Below are positions 52,131-64,000 of a DNA stretch of 64,000 nucleotides, in pieces. The DNA is taken from contig OZ210885.1 in the NCBI GenBank assembly GCA_964658305.1, positions 5,828,001 through 5,892,000 of the forward strand, given 5' to 3'. Under the pieces are notes generated by a model, which saw only the letters and a list, made by a program, of their open reading frames with translations, was not told where the DNA came from and ran no database searches. Position 1 is the first letter of the stretch; the number at the start of each line of letters is the position of its first letter. This DNA comes from Leptogorgia sarmentosa (taxonomy: Eukaryota). Both the position numbers and the translations under genes were made by a program.

Positions 52131-52702
52131 CAGCTGTTGAGCAGTAGCCGTAAACTACAGCTGTAGCTACAACAGAGATTGGCCGTATTTACACTTATTT
52201 TTTTACCTAATAAATTACGTTTCCGCAAGCTTGAAAGCACATTATAAAAAGCGCTGATGCCCTTTCTCTCTAAAAGTAAAGCCGGTAAAATAGTCTCGAA
52301 CTCTTTCTAGAAAGCCCAAAACCACAAAAAAACAAGTGCAAGTTTTATGTACATGTTTCGAAAGTACTGTTGTCCTACTGTGCTCTTAGATGAACATTGA
52401 AACCCTACAAGGAAAGGAAGGAAAAGTGCATGATGAAATTTATCCTTAACGGAGCCGGGCGAAGATTGCTTTCACTTGCATAACTTCCGATTTGTTTCTT
52501 TTTTGAAAAATTTGAAAACATTTTTTAAAACCCTAAAAAGTTTTTAGTGTTTAGAGTTATACTGTTATAAGGATAAGGTTAGGTTTAGCGTTTGAGTTTA
52601 GTTTAATTTATAAGAATAAATGGACTTTATGTATTACTATATTAAACGCTGGATGTGACGTATGTTAAAAGTTGTGACGTATGTTAAAAGTTGTGACGCA
52701 TG

Positions 52703-53456
52703 CAGGGCCGGATTATGGTTGAGCGGGGCCCCCGGCATTTCATCAACGCGGGGACCCGTTGCCCCCCCCCACGCCTGCCCCCTCCACGCCACTCAACCAC
52801 CACCCTGTTTTGACAGACCGATAGCGTTATAAGCGGTTCTCCACTTCTCCCCCTGAATTGCGATTCCTTACTGATATACCTTTCTCAAGTTTCTTTTTGT
52901 AAGATTTTCTTACTATAATTGTACACCAGCTCAAACACATAATTCAATCGCAACCCCAAAACCCATAACCTTCTGGCTGACCTCAAAAACATTTGACGCG
53001 GCGCGCGCGCTTTGACCACTGCGATTTTAAAATTCAGGGCCGCATACTGCGCGAATTCACCGGTGTTTTTGAGGCCTCGCGCTTTGTGGGCCTCGCGCTT
53101 TGTGGGCCCCGCGTTTTAGCTTTCAGCAGACTTCGCACTTTCTGGCCTTCTGGGCCAGGGGCTTTATCGCTTTGTTAAAACCTCAGAATAAAAAAGAAAC
53201 ATTTCCAATTTTCCGTTATACAAAGCGCGGGGGCCCCCAAAAGCGCAGGGCCTCCAGGGGCCAGGGGCCTATATTGCTTTATGGAAACCTGAGAACAGAA
53301 ACAGAAACATTTCCTTTATATAAAGCGCAGGGGTCCCCAAAAGCCAGGAAACTTCAGAACAGAAAAAGAAAAATTTCCTTTATAAAAAGCGGTGCCCCCC
53401 AAAAGCGCGGGGCCCCCGGCATATGCCGGGTCTGCCATGGGGTTAATCCGGGACTT
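52703..53456. mobile_element. GC-rich hAT-like non-autonomous element
   Basis: Ends cagggccggatta / taatccgggact; flanking (g/t)acgcatg duplication; internal gcggggccccc subterminal repeats. Confidence 0.65.
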
Positions 53457-54216
53457 TACGCATGAGAAGATGGTTTCAATAAGGCCTTTTGTGGGACATT
53501 AACCATCTTAAAACCCATAATAATCGAACCACAGGAATTCAAGATTTTGCAGTTTAATTAAAAATTGTAAACAGAAATAAAATTAGGCAGTTGTCTTGAA
53601 ATGACCCTTCAAGCTTTGACTATAAAAATAAAGCAGTAATTAACGCTTACCTCACTCAATATTTCAGATATTGGAAATTCAACTCTTCTTCTTATAGAAT
53701 CCTGCCAAATCCAGCATAAAATTTGAATAAAAATACCCAAAATTTGAATAGATTTGTGCGCTATGCAAATTTTTTTGTCAAAAATCCTAGCAAAAGCAAT
53801 GTGAAAATGACGCGATTTGATTGGTTGAGAAATTCACGTGACAGCTGTCCAACCTCCTCTGACGTGTGTCATTCATATAACAATAGAGTTGATGTTCGCG
53901 GGCATAAATATGTTTTTGGCCCGACTCAGACTCATATTTATGCCCAAGAACATCAAAATGTATTACTATTATAATGATTTTAAAGGGCAATTGTTGTATA
54001 AAGAAATGAAAAACGATCATGCAACGGTATACGCTTTAGATCGGCAAATTTATCATTTTAGCACGCAAAATAGACCACAATGCCCGCTAAAATTATTATA
54101 ATGTCCGTTTTATCCGTGTCCGCATTGCCAGGTGTCCACGAGCTCGCTTTCCACTTTCCAGAAGAAGCTCGGGCATGCGCAAACGTGTTTCTTGAAGTTT
54201 CTTTTGACAGCGAATC

Positions 54217-55213
54217 CAGTGCTTCCATTTTGAAGGAAATTTCCTTTTGAAAGGATTTTTTGGCAAAATGAAGGAAATAAAAAGGAAATAATTTTTGAAG
54301 GAAATTTGAAGGAAATTCTAGAAAAATAAAGGAAAGTTGAAGGAAAATACAAACATATCTTAAAATTAGTTAAATTTTGGAAATAAAGTGTAGAATAATA
54401 TGTATCAATTCGATTTGCGGAAGCAGAGTAACCACTAAGGCCCAGTTCAGACGTCGAACTTTTCATGTGTCGAACCTAATGCAAATGAGCGCAAACAAAG
54501 AACTTTGCTCGTTAACATTATGTTCGGCACATGAAAAGTTCGACGTTTGAACTGGGCCTAACCAGACAGGCAGCCGCATAAGTCAACAGTATAATATTAA
54601 TACTCTTAGCTTCAGGTTGCTTTCATATTCGAATATCATATGCTAAAAGAGATTTGACATTCTAATCTCCGAACTTAAAGCTCTTGTACAGTCAAAAATG
54701 TTTTCAAACTTTCCGTTCCTGATTTTTTATATCCGTAATCTATATATAAAAGTCATATTATTTTCCATTAACCATTTTCCAAAATTAACTGATAGACAGT
54801 CACAGTTTTGATTGCAAAATAGGTTTTTGTAAATCTTTCAAATTTCAAAGCAAAATAGACAATTCGTAAATTAAAAAAGGAACGTTCAAAAGACAAACGC
54901 GAAGAACTTAGAGTCATTATCCATTCTGCCTACGAAATGGTGGCATTTCTGAAATTTTTCTTACGATGACATGTCATATGTAGCCGCACAACCTTGATCG
55001 ATGTATTAGTTCCTAATTTCTTCATATTTGTCACTAAACATTGGTTAAAATTGGCTGTAAGTAGTCTATAATTTATAGTAAATTACACATTTTCTTCGAT
55101 GACAGTTTGTTGAGCACTGATTTCGAGAAGGAAATTTGAAGGAATTTTTGATATTTTTTGAAGGAAATTCCGGTCAAAAAAAGGAATTACCAAGTTCGGA
55201 AATGGAAGCACTG
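54217..55213. mobile_element. 997-bp non-autonomous hAT-like element just upstream of cathepsin D
   Basis: TIR cagtgcttccattt / aaatggaagcactg; 8-bp TSD agcgaatc at 54209-54216 and 55214-55221; gaaggaaa subterminal repeats. Confidence 0.88.
54439..54558. mobile_element. Harbinger-like MITE nested in the hAT element
   Basis: taa|ggcccagttcagacgtcgaacttttcatg ... catgaaaagttcgacgtttgaactgggcc|taa. Confidence 0.8.
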
Positions 55214-55375
55214 AGCGAATCTCGTGACTTTCACATTGTCGAGTTTGTTGTGTTGCGACATTTGTAGCGTGGATCATTCGACAGAAAGTCGCAAGAAAGT
55301 TAGCTTGTCTTCAAATTTCTGTCTCTAGTTTTCCTATAATACGAATAGGGAACCTCTTACACCGTTGTAGCGAAA

Positions 55376-62876
<7,501 letters not shown>

Positions 62877-63415
62877 GTGAGTGGAAGCTTTATAGTTCTT
62901 TGTTTACAATCACGTGACATTTCGTCAAAATGACGGGCAATGAAGAACCGGTGCACGATTTTTCATAGTATCATCACACATATATCGAGACTTGAAATGT
63001 CTCTAACTCTTGTCGATTTTAGTCATACTTGCCCGTCAACTGAAATTCCAATTCGACGCCATTAGACAGTGTAAGCTTCGCGTTCAAAGTCAAACGCCGC
63101 GCTAAACAAGTTGTCAACTGTAAGGCAGCAAAATGTAAATGGACTTGTTGTTTCAAAACTTCAATGTTTGATCTTTTGATGAAGAAGATTTGAAATGAAG
63201 TGTTTAAACTAATATTCTACACCCACCATGCGTTCGCGGATGACTGTAGAGAAATTTGTGGAAACTTCATTTAAACTGTTATATAAGCTCGCGGTTTTCA
63301 CAACGTATACGCCAACTTGGATTACCTAATCCACCAAGCGTTCCAAGTCGTAATGGAATGAGTATCAGCTGCTCGTGTTTGAGATCACGAGTGCCATGCA
63401 GCTAATAATAAGTTA

Positions 63416-63771
63416 GGCCCGTTTCAGACGTCGAACTTTTCATGCGCCGAACTTAATTGTTTTAGTGAAGCACATGATAAATTCGAAGTATGAAACGAAT
63501 TAGTTCAACCTAAATGTTAAGCTCGATTGCTCTGGTCGAGCAAAACGACCGAAGCGCGACAAAGCGCGGTATGGTTTCAATCGTTGAACTCATAATATGC
63601 CTAACCAAATGTGTGTAAAATACTCCGCTGACTAGTGAATTTAAGTGTTCGTAAAGCAAAATAATTTAAAAGGCACGACACGTTTGAAACCAAAGTCGGG
63701 CTTGGTCGACGTTGGTCGAACCTAATAAATATTAGGTTCGGCACATGAAAAGTTCGACGTCTGTACGGGCC
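63416..63771. mobile_element. Harbinger-like MITE, long member
   Basis: tta|ggcccgtttcagacgtcgaacttttcatg ... catgaaaagttcgacgtctgtacgggcc|tta. Confidence 0.8.
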
Positions 63772-64000
63772 TTACGTTTTGTATTGTCAGAATGGCTGAC
63801 GCCATTGTTCCTCATCTGTGACGATTTACTTGATAAGGCCAACAAATTGGTCCAACGTTATGCAAACAACATGTTGGCCTCATTTGAGAAACCCTTGGGT
63901 TTAAGCTTGCTCAAAACTTTCATCCAACATCGTGCAACTTAAGGGCACGATTCGTATTCTGGGGTATAAAACATACTGCTGATGCTGTCATTCGACTTCG

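Noticed and set aside
53100..53465. 121-aa basic, Gly/Pro-rich ORF
   Set aside because: Lies almost entirely within a GC-rich non-autonomous transposon; no transposase motifs.

Overview
AT-rich, intron-rich eukaryotic DNA, most likely an anthozoan cnidarian (inferred from ShKT exons, cnidarian-style orphan GPCRs and the MITE landscape); no prokaryotic features. From left to right: (1) a tandem array of four paralogous, unrecognised Cys-rich genes (1-8.3 kb, +) with duplicated promoter/first-exon cassettes; (2) an intact single-exon class A GPCR (11802-12743, +); (3) a 12-exon PR/SET-domain zinc-finger (PRDM-like) gene, 890 aa with 14 fingers (16598-34755, -); (4) a 6-exon secreted 169-aa protein (38925-45325, -) in which an ShKT domain appears inserted between Cys5 and Cys6 of each of two knottin-like (ICK) motifs, the most unusual item here; (5) a disrupted class A GPCR pseudogene (49253-50352, -); (6) cathepsin D, six exons, running off the right end (from 55376, +). 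Introns and intergenic DNA hold many non-autonomous DNA transposons (8-bp-TSD hAT-like, TAA/TTA-TSD Harbinger-like), some nested, plus tRNA-derived SINE fragments and minisatellites. All gene models were built by hand from splice signals and frame continuity, without transcript or database support.
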